A stretch of 64,000 nt of DNA, from the IMG/VR virus record IMGVR_UViG_3300022699_000302, positions 130,115-194,114 of that record; one strand, given 5' to 3'. The DNA is from a virus. Under the pieces are notes generated by a model, which saw nothing but the letters and a program-made list of their open reading frames with translations, was not told the origin of the DNA and searched no databases. The translations under genes and the position numbers were made by a program. This document shows, piece by piece, positions 9,991-19,357 of the stretch. The first letter of the stretch is position 1, and each line of letters opens with the position of its first letter.

Positions 9991-10443
9991 ATGTTCTTGT
10001 TGGAAGCTATAGAGTCAGGGATCAGCACCGCCTGGCTATCTTTGATCCTGGGACCGTTCGGCGCTTTGGTGCTGTCTCTCTGGGTCGGATACGAACGTAA
10101 GAAGGAGATCAAACGCCTCCAGGATTTGTTAGGGGAAAGAGCTAAGACGCACGAAGAGTTTATGCTTTCTGTGATCGCAGAGAAAAGCGAATTGCTTGAG
10201 AAGCAGCTGAGGGCTGCCGAGAAAACTAGAGAAGCACTTGCCAGTTTTGCTCGTACGCTCGAGGCTCTCTCGCAGCACATGGAGAAATCCAATGGGATTA
10301 TGGCACAAGCTCATGGCGATCTTGACACGCTCAAGCTCCAATGGGCTCGTTTTGAAGGACGAGAAGAAGGGAAGCGAGGAAACACTGGACCCGGAGAACC
10401 GGGAACAGGAGACCAAAACGAGGAGAAAGGTCCTGGAGGATAA
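9991..10443 (+). CDS. Single-TM coiled-coil protein (holin-like?)
   Basis: GGAGG RBS, one hydrophobic segment (WLSLILGPFGALVLSLWV), then coiled coil. Confidence 0.45.
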   Translation: MFLLEAIESGISTAWLSLILGPFGALVLSLWVGYERKKEIKRLQDLLGERAKTHEEFMLSVIAEKSELLEKQLRAAEKTREALASFARTLEALSQHMEKSNGIMAQAHGDLDTLKLQWARFEGREEGKRGNTGPGEPGTGDQNEEKGPGG

Positions 10444-10561
10444 AGCCGCCGTTTGTCAGGCCGCTCTTACCGTGGAGCAAGCCAAGCTGGATGAGGAATT
10501 TTCTCGTGTCAGTCGACTGAGCGAAGAGATTGCTCGTTCTGCGTCTAAGAAGGTTTCTTAA
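10292..10561 (+). CDS. Small coiled-coil protein overlapping the previous gene
   Basis: GGAG 8 nt before ATG 10292; MGLWHKLMAILT amphipathic start; fills the gap up to 10561. Confidence 0.45.
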   Translation: MGLWHKLMAILTRSSSNGLVLKDEKKGSEETLDPENREQETKTRRKVLEDKAAVCQAALTVEQAKLDEEFSRVSRLSEEIARSASKKVS

Positions 10562-10579
10562 TGCACATCAGGTATTCCA

Positions 10580-10843
10580 ATGAGTTCACGGCCTCGTCGG
10601 CACATCATCCGCCGAATCAAGCGGTTATGGAGGATTTTCAAAGGACGCTGTCCTTACTGTGGTAAGGCTCTGAAGTGGCAACACCACGACTTCAGGACTC
10701 ATACCAAGATCTGTCCTGACCTACACTATGGTGTTCAAAATCTAGGAGACGGTCGGGTTATGATCCACGATAGAGAAGGCGATCCGATCGAGCTATTATT
10801 TGACCGCAACTTCCGACTTCTGAAGAACGAAGAGAAAGACTAG
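10580..10843 (+). CDS. Small zinc-ribbon protein
   Basis: CPYCG...CPDLH. Confidence 0.5.
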   Translation: MSSRPRRHIIRRIKRLWRIFKGRCPYCGKALKWQHHDFRTHTKICPDLHYGVQNLGDGRVMIHDREGDPIELLFDRNFRLLKNEEKD

Positions 10844-11718
10844 TGGAACCGCCGACCATCGTATTGACTGCCGCTGATTCAGCCACTGGGACTTTGACCT
10901 TTAGTCTGTCCCAGGACCCTCTGTTCCCCGCAGCAACCACTGAGATCTTTCTTATCGATCCTGTAACAGGATCTGTGGTCACCTCGTTTCCCGGGGAGAC
11001 TCCGCCGACTGCGGTGCTGGGACCTGGCATTACAGTGACCGACCCCTATGTGATCTTGGCGGTAACCACGGACGCAGGTCCTCCGGTGACTACGTCCCCT
11101 CCGTCACGACCTGTGGATCTCAATCCGGAAGGTTGGGACGACACCTACAAGACTGTAGTTGTGACCGACTACATCAAAAACGCCAAAACCTATGAGCTGT
11201 GGCGAATCGATACTGGAGTCCCTTCTCTGATTTCGACATCACCGGTCCACTGGCTGGTCGACGATACGGTCTATGCTGACGAGCCTACAGCTCAAAAGGT
11301 GCAGTACGAGATCCGTCCCATCGTCTTCGGGGATAATGCAGGCCAAGCCCGAGTTGTTCGTAGATTCCGCACCACTGCGCGGCTCTGTTTTGTGACCGGG
11401 TACGCCACAGGGCTCGATGGGAATCCCGATGCCGATCGAGAAATCTGGTTTGGGATCAAAAACTATGGTACCCGTAAGACCCTGAAGCCTCGTGAAATTC
11501 AGCCGTTCTATCAGAGTCGGCAGATCAGCAAGGAAGAGATTCGAGTCCACACCAATATTGACGGCGTGTTCGGGGCATATCTTATACAAGAAGCCCTTGT
11601 AGAGATCGACATTCCGAATACCCACTTTCATGCAGAATTCGTGGTTCCGACCACGGCCACTGCAGACCTTGAGACGCTGCCCTTGGTGGCACGTCCGATT
11701 ATCCCGCACTTGTCGTAA
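10843..11718 (+). CDS. Virion structural protein (hypothetical)
   Basis: Coupled ORF, Thr/Pro-rich beta-sandwich-like N-terminus. Confidence 0.5.
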   Translation: MEPPTIVLTAADSATGTLTFSLSQDPLFPAATTEIFLIDPVTGSVVTSFPGETPPTAVLGPGITVTDPYVILAVTTDAGPPVTTSPPSRPVDLNPEGWDDTYKTVVVTDYIKNAKTYELWRIDTGVPSLISTSPVHWLVDDTVYADEPTAQKVQYEIRPIVFGDNAGQARVVRRFRTTARLCFVTGYATGLDGNPDADREIWFGIKNYGTRKTLKPREIQPFYQSRQISKEEIRVHTNIDGVFGAYLIQEALVEIDIPNTHFHAEFVVPTTATADLETLPLVARPIIPHLS

Positions 11719-13067
11719 TGCCTATTGCTGCTCCGATAATCTCGCTTATCACAGCTACGATCGATGAGATCTCGTGTACTCTCATGCCTCCTACCGATCC
11801 GACTTACGATCATACCGTAGCAGTAGCCACCGACTTGATCGATGGATCTACGGTAACCCTAGATCCTGCTCCCGACCCCTCGTTCACTCTAACCGGATTG
11901 AACCAAAATCGGTCCTACGTAGTAGTAGCGTACGCTGTCGATACCTCTGGAGATTTCTCGGCGCCGTCCAACGTGGTATTTGGCATCACCAATTACGAGG
12001 CCCCCGAGCCCGTACTGCCTGATCTCGAGATTACGTCAGTCGCTCAGGCTGGTCTCGGTGATGCCAGCCGAGTCTTGATAGCGTATTCGCTGAAACGTCC
12101 GGTTAATCCTTTGACCTGCTTCAGAGGAGATCTGGTTCGATTCGAATACAGCTTCAACGGGACCTTTACCGATGCGGCACAGATGACTCCGGATTGGGAT
12201 CATACCCTGATGTCCGGTATTACAGATCTGGATTTCTGCCCGGATTCCCTGATTGCACCCCCTCAGCATTACTTTGTCTGGGACATCACCAAAGATGTGC
12301 CGGATGATGAGATTCATACTTATGGTGTTCGTCTTCAAGGACGTTTGAAAGGCGTAAACACCCTAATCCGAAGTGACACCGTTGACATCGATAGGACAGC
12401 AGTTAAAGGCGTTGTCGGCACCGTCATTTCGGGTCAGACTTTGGACTACTCTATTTTCCTGTGGCAGGCTGGATCGCCGGTTACAGGTGCGACTCTTACG
12501 GTTGATACAATTCTGGATCCCGACCAGACCGACCGTTTAGGCGGCGCAGTGGTCCTCACAGAAGATCCCTCGGTTCCCGGAAAGTACGACGGAAGCTTTA
12601 CGGTTGATTCAGCTTGGCCGACAGGTCTTTGGCAGATCAACTATAACGCTACGTTGGGCGGCCCACCGGCTACCTTCACAATCGTGGATGTCGAGCACTT
12701 CTTCGCGATAACTTCAGCAGCCCAATCGATAGCCTCCTTGACCGACCCGGATCTTTGTCTGGTCTACGGTACTCTTTACTCGATCGAGCAAGGTACTCTG
12801 TCTGAATCGAATGTCAGTGCCGTCTATAAGAGGGAGCCGTCGCGATACGATAATGTAGGGACGATCTCTACCCAGGTTCAAACGGATGACAACGGTTTCT
12901 TCGTTCTTCCTCTTCGTCGAGGAGTTGATGCAACCCTTCTGATTCCGGACCTGCAGTACGCAGAACTAATCAAGGTCCCGGATCAGCCGGCTGCTGAGTT
13001 CCGTTCTATCCAGGTCAATCAGCCGGCAGTCCTTCAGAGAGGTCCATTCGGTCATACTGTTCCGTAA
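11718..13067 (+). CDS. FN3-like domain virion protein
   Basis: SFTLTGLNQNRSYVVVAYAVDTSGDFSAPS is an FN3 signature. Confidence 0.6.
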   Translation: MPIAAPIISLITATIDEISCTLMPPTDPTYDHTVAVATDLIDGSTVTLDPAPDPSFTLTGLNQNRSYVVVAYAVDTSGDFSAPSNVVFGITNYEAPEPVLPDLEITSVAQAGLGDASRVLIAYSLKRPVNPLTCFRGDLVRFEYSFNGTFTDAAQMTPDWDHTLMSGITDLDFCPDSLIAPPQHYFVWDITKDVPDDEIHTYGVRLQGRLKGVNTLIRSDTVDIDRTAVKGVVGTVISGQTLDYSIFLWQAGSPVTGATLTVDTILDPDQTDRLGGAVVLTEDPSVPGKYDGSFTVDSAWPTGLWQINYNATLGGPPATFTIVDVEHFFAITSAAQSIASLTDPDLCLVYGTLYSIEQGTLSESNVSAVYKREPSRYDNVGTISTQVQTDDNGFFVLPLRRGVDATLLIPDLQYAELIKVPDQPAAEFRSIQVNQPAVLQRGPFGHTVP

Positions 13068-14035
13068 TGCATAGGATTCGGAAAACAGCTGCGCCACCTT
13101 CTGGAAAAGTGCCCCCGACTGCATTGACGGGGGCCCTGAAGGATCTATGGGGATGGGCTAATAAGGGCTTATTTCGTAGCGGAGGACTCCCCGAAGCTGA
13201 CCTACCCGGTTTGGGTAAATGGTTGAAGCAGCCCGGCCAAGCAGTCAAGCATTTTGCCAAAGGACAGCGCGGACACCTCAAGCGGTTGGCTGAGCCTGGA
13301 GGCGCACGAAAGGCCCTTCTTGATGTAACTCCTCTGACTGCTGCTGGTTTGGTGGCTCCTGAGCTTCTCGGCATGGGATTCATCAGGGGTATCAAAGATG
13401 CTCCTTCAGAACAAAAAGGTGAGCACATGGGCAGCGCAGCCGGCCGTCTCTTAGGTGGTCAGTTGATGATGCGTTCCGGTCTTCTCGGCGGATTAGCTGG
13501 AGGTGCTGTCGGCGATGTACTCGGCGGAGCAGCGGGACGCAGTATTGATAGAGCCCGTTCAATGTTCAAGGGCAAGCCTAAGCCCAAACCCAAAGAAGAG
13601 ATACCTCCTCAGCGGAGATCCTACACCTATCCTCAGCCGTCTTTCCAGCCTCGAGGTTACTCGTTCGATGAAGATTTCTCAGGGTACCAGTACGGACCTG
13701 GATATGCCAAGCATAGCTCTGAGTTTGGAAGTCCCGGATCTGCAGGTTTACCGGAAGTAGCCGGTACCGCCCCCTCTCTGGCTATGGGAGGGCCTGGTAT
13801 GGATGAGGTAAGGAACCAGGGTCGATTCGTAGGAAGAAACGGACCTTATCGCAAAGTCGATGAGTTCACTCGTCTTGATAGCCCTGAGATGCAGCACATT
13901 TTCTACGCTGGTAATGGGCTCGGCAGTGGAGGAGGCCAGCCCTATGCAGACGGGGATGCCTACAAACACACCGGAATCTTGCGTGGACTACTGAACCGGC
14001 TCAATAAAGAGGAACCTAATTTAGCGGAGAGGTAA
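13067..14035 (+). CDS. Gly-rich putative internal virion/ejection protein
   Basis: KTA at residues 6-8; Gly/Ala/Leu-rich hydrophobic stretches. Confidence 0.5.
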   Translation: MHRIRKTAAPPSGKVPPTALTGALKDLWGWANKGLFRSGGLPEADLPGLGKWLKQPGQAVKHFAKGQRGHLKRLAEPGGARKALLDVTPLTAAGLVAPELLGMGFIRGIKDAPSEQKGEHMGSAAGRLLGGQLMMRSGLLGGLAGGAVGDVLGGAAGRSIDRARSMFKGKPKPKPKEEIPPQRRSYTYPQPSFQPRGYSFDEDFSGYQYGPGYAKHSSEFGSPGSAGLPEVAGTAPSLAMGGPGMDEVRNQGRFVGRNGPYRKVDEFTRLDSPEMQHIFYAGNGLGSGGGQPYADGDAYKHTGILRGLLNRLNKEEPNLAER

Positions 14036-15045
14036 TGCCATTCGAGTCAGAGGCACAACGCCGGTACATGTATGCTAAGCATCCCGAGATTGCAAAGCGG
14101 TGGGAGAAGCATACGCCTAAGGGGAAGGACCTGCCGGAGAAGAAAGAAGGCGGACTGGCCCGGTTAGACCGGCTGACTTCTGCAGCAAGAAAAAAGGGTG
14201 TTACGCCTCGTCAGCTCGGGGGAAAGACTCCTCAACAGGCAGGCATTAAGGATCCCAAGACAGTAAACCTAGCCAAAAAGGTCAAATCGGAGGGACTGAA
14301 GCAGAGAGCTTCGGAAACACGCCGGGGAGGCCTTATGGCAATGGAAGAAAAACGCCGTAAGTATCGAGGAAAAGGCAAGGTAGCTATGAATGAAGATCAG
14401 CGAATCGACGCCATTCTTGGCGATATTGACCCGATCGAAGAGGTTGTGCTCAAGAGTGAAGACGACAAGATCGCCGACATCCTCGAGAAAGAGGGTGCCG
14501 GTCTTCGCCGTTTGACCCGACAGCTTGAGGGTATTTCGAAGCGGCAGGCTCGTGGTGCTCCTACTGAGAAGCTCACTGAAGACGCCGCCCGTACCTTCCA
14601 AAAGGTAAAGCATAAGGGTAAGGGCCGAGTCGGTGTGTCGGGCGAGCGTGGTACTCAGGAAGCCTACAAGAAAATCAAGAAGCTGCAGAAGACGAGTGCT
14701 GATGAAGACGAAACACTTCGGAAGGAAGGTCTTGGCGCTGACATGGCCGGTGAAGGTGGTGCTGCTGGCGGTCCTCCTCCTGCTGCTATGGGCGCTATGC
14801 CTGGGCCTGGTGCTACTGACGTAGCAGCTCCAGTTGAGGAAATGCAAGATCCGATTGAATCGGAGAACGAGCAGCTCAAGAAGATGATCGAAAACATGAA
14901 GCTCAAGCAGGAGCTCAAAGAGCTGAATTCAGCCGTGACCGGTGTGTCCGGCGAAGCATCTGGCGAGATGGTGGGTATGCCTCCGGCGCCGGACGAAGTA
15001 AAAGAAGACCCCATGCAAGCTATGAGGGAAACGCTGACTGAGTAG
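14035..15045 (+). CDS. Low-complexity putative internal head protein
   Basis: MPFESEAQRRYMYAKHPEIAKRWEKHTPKG start (a small motif I recognise from phage hypothetical proteins); repeated KEG, KVA and KTS motifs. Confidence 0.55.
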   Translation: MPFESEAQRRYMYAKHPEIAKRWEKHTPKGKDLPEKKEGGLARLDRLTSAARKKGVTPRQLGGKTPQQAGIKDPKTVNLAKKVKSEGLKQRASETRRGGLMAMEEKRRKYRGKGKVAMNEDQRIDAILGDIDPIEEVVLKSEDDKIADILEKEGAGLRRLTRQLEGISKRQARGAPTEKLTEDAARTFQKVKHKGKGRVGVSGERGTQEAYKKIKKLQKTSADEDETLRKEGLGADMAGEGGAAGGPPPAAMGAMPGPGATDVAAPVEEMQDPIESENEQLKKMIENMKLKQELKELNSAVTGVSGEASGEMVGMPPAPDEVKEDPMQAMRETLTE

Positions 15046-15058
15046 TAAGGACACCAAC

Positions 15059-16231
15059 ATGCTGAAACTGGCCGGAACCATTCTCGATTTCACCGATGAT
15101 CCGGACTTCGTGAACGATCGGGAGAAGATGGCGCTGATCGAGGGGAAATTGATCTCTTTCGATAAGCATGCTGATCTACCTAATGATGCGTTTGCTCTTT
15201 TGGTCCGAGGCAACACCGGTCTGTTCCGCCGGTACCCTGTTTACTCCAAAGTTGCGACGAAACTGTCGGCGCAGTACTTCGATGAGTGGAGCCAGAACCT
15301 CCATCCTTCGTTGGCTGAGGCTGCGGCTGTCGGGATCAAAGAGGCTTGCCGGCATTTCGGCGTAGCTATCCCGGATTCGGTCAGTGACCTGGCCGGTACC
15401 AAGACCGCTTCGGCGGATCGCGTGGTGGATGCTCGTCGTGTCCCCTCATCGGACCAGGTAGTCTATGAGGACAAGAAGGCGGCTGTTGAGACTATGCTGC
15501 ACCGCTATGAGTCTCGTATCAACGACATGAATCTCTCGGAACGTTGCAACCGGGCTACGGTGCTCCACGAGATGGGACAGAAAGTTGGTATGCAGCTCCC
15601 TTCAACTGTAACCGACTATTCGGAGAAAAACGGATCCGGCCCGCTCCTGCGCCTGGCCATTCAGCAACGCGAGAATTTCGCAAAAGATGCTGGTCAGAAG
15701 TTTGCCACCATCGAGCTTCGTAAGCTCCTGAAAGACGACAATCCCCAGCGAGTGGTTGAGAAGCTCTCAGTCTGGGACGAGAAGTACCGAGTCGAAAAGT
15801 TGGGGTATTACCAAGGCGGTCGGGTCATCGACCCGTACCGTGCGGTCTACGGGGGCCAGAAAGAAGCGATGGCTCCGATGGGGAATCCGGAAGAGGACCT
15901 TCGGACCTACGCCCTCCAATCCATTGTCGCTCAATACGACGATGAGCTCTCCCGCGTTCTGTCCCGTAAAGGCATGGAACAGTTCCGGTCTGATCCGATC
16001 CAGTTCTATAAAGACACTTCGCCGGCGATGCGACGCTATCTTGACTCAATGGTGGACGCCCTGACTCGTCGGGCCGGCGATGCCACCAAGAAAGACGACA
16101 GTCTGGTCAACGTTGAGCGTAAGAACTTTGAGGAGAAGCATCTGAATCGTCCTCGCTCGCACGAGGGACGAGAATATGATAGGGTCTCGCATTCATATGC
16201 AGTTCCTATCAAGTCAAAGGCGACTAAATAA
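15059..16231 (+). CDS. Hypothetical head-module protein
   Basis: 390-aa ORF with AAGGA RBS and KLA/KHA/KTA/KKA motifs. Confidence 0.6.
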   Translation: MLKLAGTILDFTDDPDFVNDREKMALIEGKLISFDKHADLPNDAFALLVRGNTGLFRRYPVYSKVATKLSAQYFDEWSQNLHPSLAEAAAVGIKEACRHFGVAIPDSVSDLAGTKTASADRVVDARRVPSSDQVVYEDKKAAVETMLHRYESRINDMNLSERCNRATVLHEMGQKVGMQLPSTVTDYSEKNGSGPLLRLAIQQRENFAKDAGQKFATIELRKLLKDDNPQRVVEKLSVWDEKYRVEKLGYYQGGRVIDPYRAVYGGQKEAMAPMGNPEEDLRTYALQSIVAQYDDELSRVLSRKGMEQFRSDPIQFYKDTSPAMRRYLDSMVDALTRRAGDATKKDDSLVNVERKNFEEKHLNRPRSHEGREYDRVSHSYAVPIKSKATK

Positions 16232-16851
16232 TGATCTCGCATAAGGTCCTGAAGGCAGACGCTAACCCTCTGGACCTCGATGCTGCCCTCAAGAAAGAAG
16301 TGCCCGGCTACCCCGGGGAGCCTGGCAGCTCCGAGGTAGTTACATATTTCGTAGCGTCAGCTTTTGGTGAGCTGGAAAAAGAACCTGATGAGAGGGTACT
16401 CGAGAAAGCTCGAGCCCTACAAACTTGTCACATCAGTAAAGCACCCTGGAACGATGCGATCGTCTTCGAGAAGGTAGTTCTCGCTCTCAGCGGGTTTGAG
16501 CCGGATCATCAGATGATCGAGGCTGCTTCGCCCGCTGAAATCGCAGCGGGTGTTTGCGTGATGAACAGACTCAAGCCCAAAAATAAGTTCGACCGTGAGG
16601 TCATCTATTACATCCGTGGTATCATGCATGACTGGGGTATCGTGTGTTATCCCGAGTGTCTGGAGTTTGCCCAGGAAGACTATACCAACCCCGAATTGAA
16701 AGAGTTGTGCGAACGTGTCGGTAAGTCGAATGAGTACAAAAAGGTCCACCAAGAAGGCATGACGTACGAACCAAAAGAGGACGAGCCGCTTTCAATTCAA
16801 TTGAACAAGCTGTCCTTGATACAGGATTACGTCAATTCGGTGTTGAAATGA
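16231..16851 (+). CDS. Hypothetical protein
   Basis: Coupled 206-aa ORF. Confidence 0.6.
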   Translation: MISHKVLKADANPLDLDAALKKEVPGYPGEPGSSEVVTYFVASAFGELEKEPDERVLEKARALQTCHISKAPWNDAIVFEKVVLALSGFEPDHQMIEAASPAEIAAGVCVMNRLKPKNKFDREVIYYIRGIMHDWGIVCYPECLEFAQEDYTNPELKELCERVGKSNEYKKVHQEGMTYEPKEDEPLSIQLNKLSLIQDYVNSVLK

Positions 16852-17102
16852 ATAAGCTCTCAAACCCTACAAGTAAGACGTTAGAGATGTTACACCATCC
16901 AGCGGTACAATTGCCTCTTTACGGGGCCCTCGCTGGAGGAGATATTGCTGCAGGTATCAAGGAACGCAAAGAAGGCGGATCAGGGTTTTGGCCTTTTGCA
17001 GGTGCCGCTGCTCTGGGTATGATGGGGGCTCCTTACGCAATCGAGACAGCCCAGAAAGTTCCTGGACTCGCGTCCAAGCTCAAAGGGCTACTGAGCAGGT
17101 AA
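16848..17102 (+). CDS. Small Gly-rich hydrophobic protein
   Basis: MNKLS start; GFWPFAGAAALGMMG segment. Confidence 0.5.
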   Translation: MNKLSNPTSKTLEMLHHPAVQLPLYGALAGGDIAAGIKERKEGGSGFWPFAGAAALGMMGAPYAIETAQKVPGLASKLKGLLSR

Positions 17103-17105
17103 ACC

Positions 17106-19082
17106 ATGGCTGGACAAGGCGGACTACTCACCGACAAGACGACTCTTACCGAGCCAGGTAAGCAGTATCCTCACTCATTCTTTGGGATCTCCGATAAGTT
17201 CATCCCGACTACCGCGAAGGAGATGTACCGCTGGGCGCAGTACATCTTCATGATCAACCCGATCTTCGCTCAGATCATCAACAAGTTATCGGGGTACGTC
17301 ACTACCGACCTTGTCTATGATACCGATAGCGGCAAAGCGACTGAGAAGTGGAAGAACATGCTGGACCAGCAGCTCCACTACAAGCGCTTCGAGAAGCGGA
17401 TGCTTCTTGACCTGTTCACCTACGGTAACGCATTCGCCCGGTTTATCTGGCCCCACGAAAAGTACCTGACCTGCAGGAAGTGCAAGAACGAACAGCTCCT
17501 CCGAAACTCGGACTGGAAGTTCAATCGGTTCACCTTCTACGGCAAGTGCAAGAGGTGCGACTACAACGGGCCGATGGACGTCAAAGAAAAGCAAGTCAAG
17601 AACCGTCGTCGAATCAAGCTGATCCGGATCGACCCCCGTTTGATCCAGCCGATCTATGAGCCGGTGACCAAGACTTACGTCTACACTTATACCGTCCCCA
17701 AACAGGTTGCTGCTGTTCTTCGTTCCTCAACGGCCCGACCGCATCACATCAAGCTTTTTGTAGAGGAGCTGCCCCTGGCCGTTATCGACGCGGTCAAGAA
17801 CAACGCGTTAGTCAAGTTCGACAAAGACTCAATCTATCACATGAAGTCGGATTCGATCAGCCAGGACGACGAGTCTCTGGGTTCGATCCCGTTCCTTCCG
17901 ATCTTCAAGATCATCTGGCTCTATCATACGATCTGGCGCGCTCAGGAAGCTGTTTCGCTGGAACGAATCATCCCGTGGACAGCTCTGAGTCCTCGAGCTT
18001 CAGCTACCCAGGACCCGATCGGACAGATCAATCTGGGTGAGTGGCGCGAAAACCTGCAGGAATTCGTCAAGCGCTGGCGCCGTGACCCCAACTTCGTTGG
18101 GATGATGCCGTACCCCATGGACGTCATCAATCTTCGCGGCGAAGGCAAAGCGCTGGATAACTGGAACGGTCTGACCCACCTCCGTGATGTCATGGCCGGC
18201 GGCATGGGCGTTCCCCCGAGTTTCTTGTTCGGTGGCTCAGTCTATTCCGGCGCTAACGTTGAACTCCGTGTGCTCGAGAACGACATGCGGAACTACGTTT
18301 TGATGCTGGAGGACATGCTCCGCAATTTCGTTGTACCCAAACTGACGACGTTCGCTTCTCTGCCGAAGATCGATATTCGCCACGAAAACTTCAAGATGGC
18401 GGACGACATCCAGCAGAAAAGCTTGATCACATCGCTACGTCAGGAAGGTGTTATCTCCGAGGAGACTCTGGTTACCGAGCTCGGATTCGACTATGAAGAT
18501 GAGCAGAACAAGACTCGAGAGGAGATGCGAGAGAAGGCTTCTCAGCAGCTCCAGCAGCTCCGTGAACAGCAGGAACTGCAGATGGAGTTCCTCAAGAAAC
18601 AGAACGATGAACAGCTCCGCATGATGCAGGTCCAGATGCAGATGCAGATGCAGGCCCAGCAGGAGCAAATGCAAGCCCAGCAGCAAGCCCAGGCCGAGCA
18701 GATGATGATGCAGCAACAGATGGGCATGGATCCGGCTATGCAGGAGGAACCAGATGCAGTGCCTCCTGGCACCATGGGGGGTCAGGCCCCGATGGACGTT
18801 GCTCCGGTTCAGGCGCCTACCCCGGGAGGTGCTGATGTCATGGCTCAACAGGCTCAGCAGCTTTCTATGACTCCGGAGTTGATCGATCAGCAAGCTCGAG
18901 CTTTCCTGCAGACCACAACTCCGAAACAGCGAGATATCCTCCTCAGTAACATGGAGAAGACCAATCCGGAGATGGCCCGCAAGATCCGGCAGCGGATGCA
19001 GCAGATCAAGAAAGAAATTGAAAGCTTGAAGAAGCCCAACCCGGACCAGAAACCGTCTACCAGCAAGACACCGTCGCTGTAA
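17106..19082 (+). CDS. Portal protein (with Zn-ribbon insert and Q/M-rich tail)
   Basis: Portal-like helical N-terminus (INPIFAQIINKLSGY, LLDLFTYGNAF), GMGVPPSFLFG wing/crown motif, and position in the head module. Confidence 0.7.
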   Translation: MAGQGGLLTDKTTLTEPGKQYPHSFFGISDKFIPTTAKEMYRWAQYIFMINPIFAQIINKLSGYVTTDLVYDTDSGKATEKWKNMLDQQLHYKRFEKRMLLDLFTYGNAFARFIWPHEKYLTCRKCKNEQLLRNSDWKFNRFTFYGKCKRCDYNGPMDVKEKQVKNRRRIKLIRIDPRLIQPIYEPVTKTYVYTYTVPKQVAAVLRSSTARPHHIKLFVEELPLAVIDAVKNNALVKFDKDSIYHMKSDSISQDDESLGSIPFLPIFKIIWLYHTIWRAQEAVSLERIIPWTALSPRASATQDPIGQINLGEWRENLQEFVKRWRRDPNFVGMMPYPMDVINLRGEGKALDNWNGLTHLRDVMAGGMGVPPSFLFGGSVYSGANVELRVLENDMRNYVLMLEDMLRNFVVPKLTTFASLPKIDIRHENFKMADDIQQKSLITSLRQEGVISEETLVTELGFDYEDEQNKTREEMREKASQQLQQLREQQELQMEFLKKQNDEQLRMMQVQMQMQMQAQQEQMQAQQQAQAEQMMMQQQMGMDPAMQEEPDAVPPGTMGGQAPMDVAPVQAPTPGGADVMAQQAQQLSMTPELIDQQARAFLQTTTPKQRDILLSNMEKTNPEMARKIRQRMQQIKKEIESLKKPNPDQKPSTSKTPSL

Positions 19083-19351
19083 TGGCTAATCGGCGAAAAG
19101 CTACCGACAACGACGTCCAGAAGTTTCTGGATGGCCCCGAGGCATCTACAATGTCTTCGGAAGGCGTCACGTACTTTGAGATTCTCGATATGAACAACGA
19201 GGAGGATCAGCTGCTATACCATGCTATCCTCAACGACACTGACAGGTTCGTGATCCACATGGAAAAGCTGACCTGGGATAAAAATCAAGGTGTCACCCTC
19301 GGAATGAAGATCGCGCTCAAGTACACCGACCGTCATGCCGATCCGGAGTAG
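19082..19351 (+). CDS. Hypothetical protein directly upstream of the RNAP gene
   Basis: 89-aa coupled ORF. Confidence 0.55.
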   Translation: MANRRKATDNDVQKFLDGPEASTMSSEGVTYFEILDMNNEEDQLLYHAILNDTDRFVIHMEKLTWDKNQGVTLGMKIALKYTDRHADPE

Positions 19352-19357
19352 ATGTAG

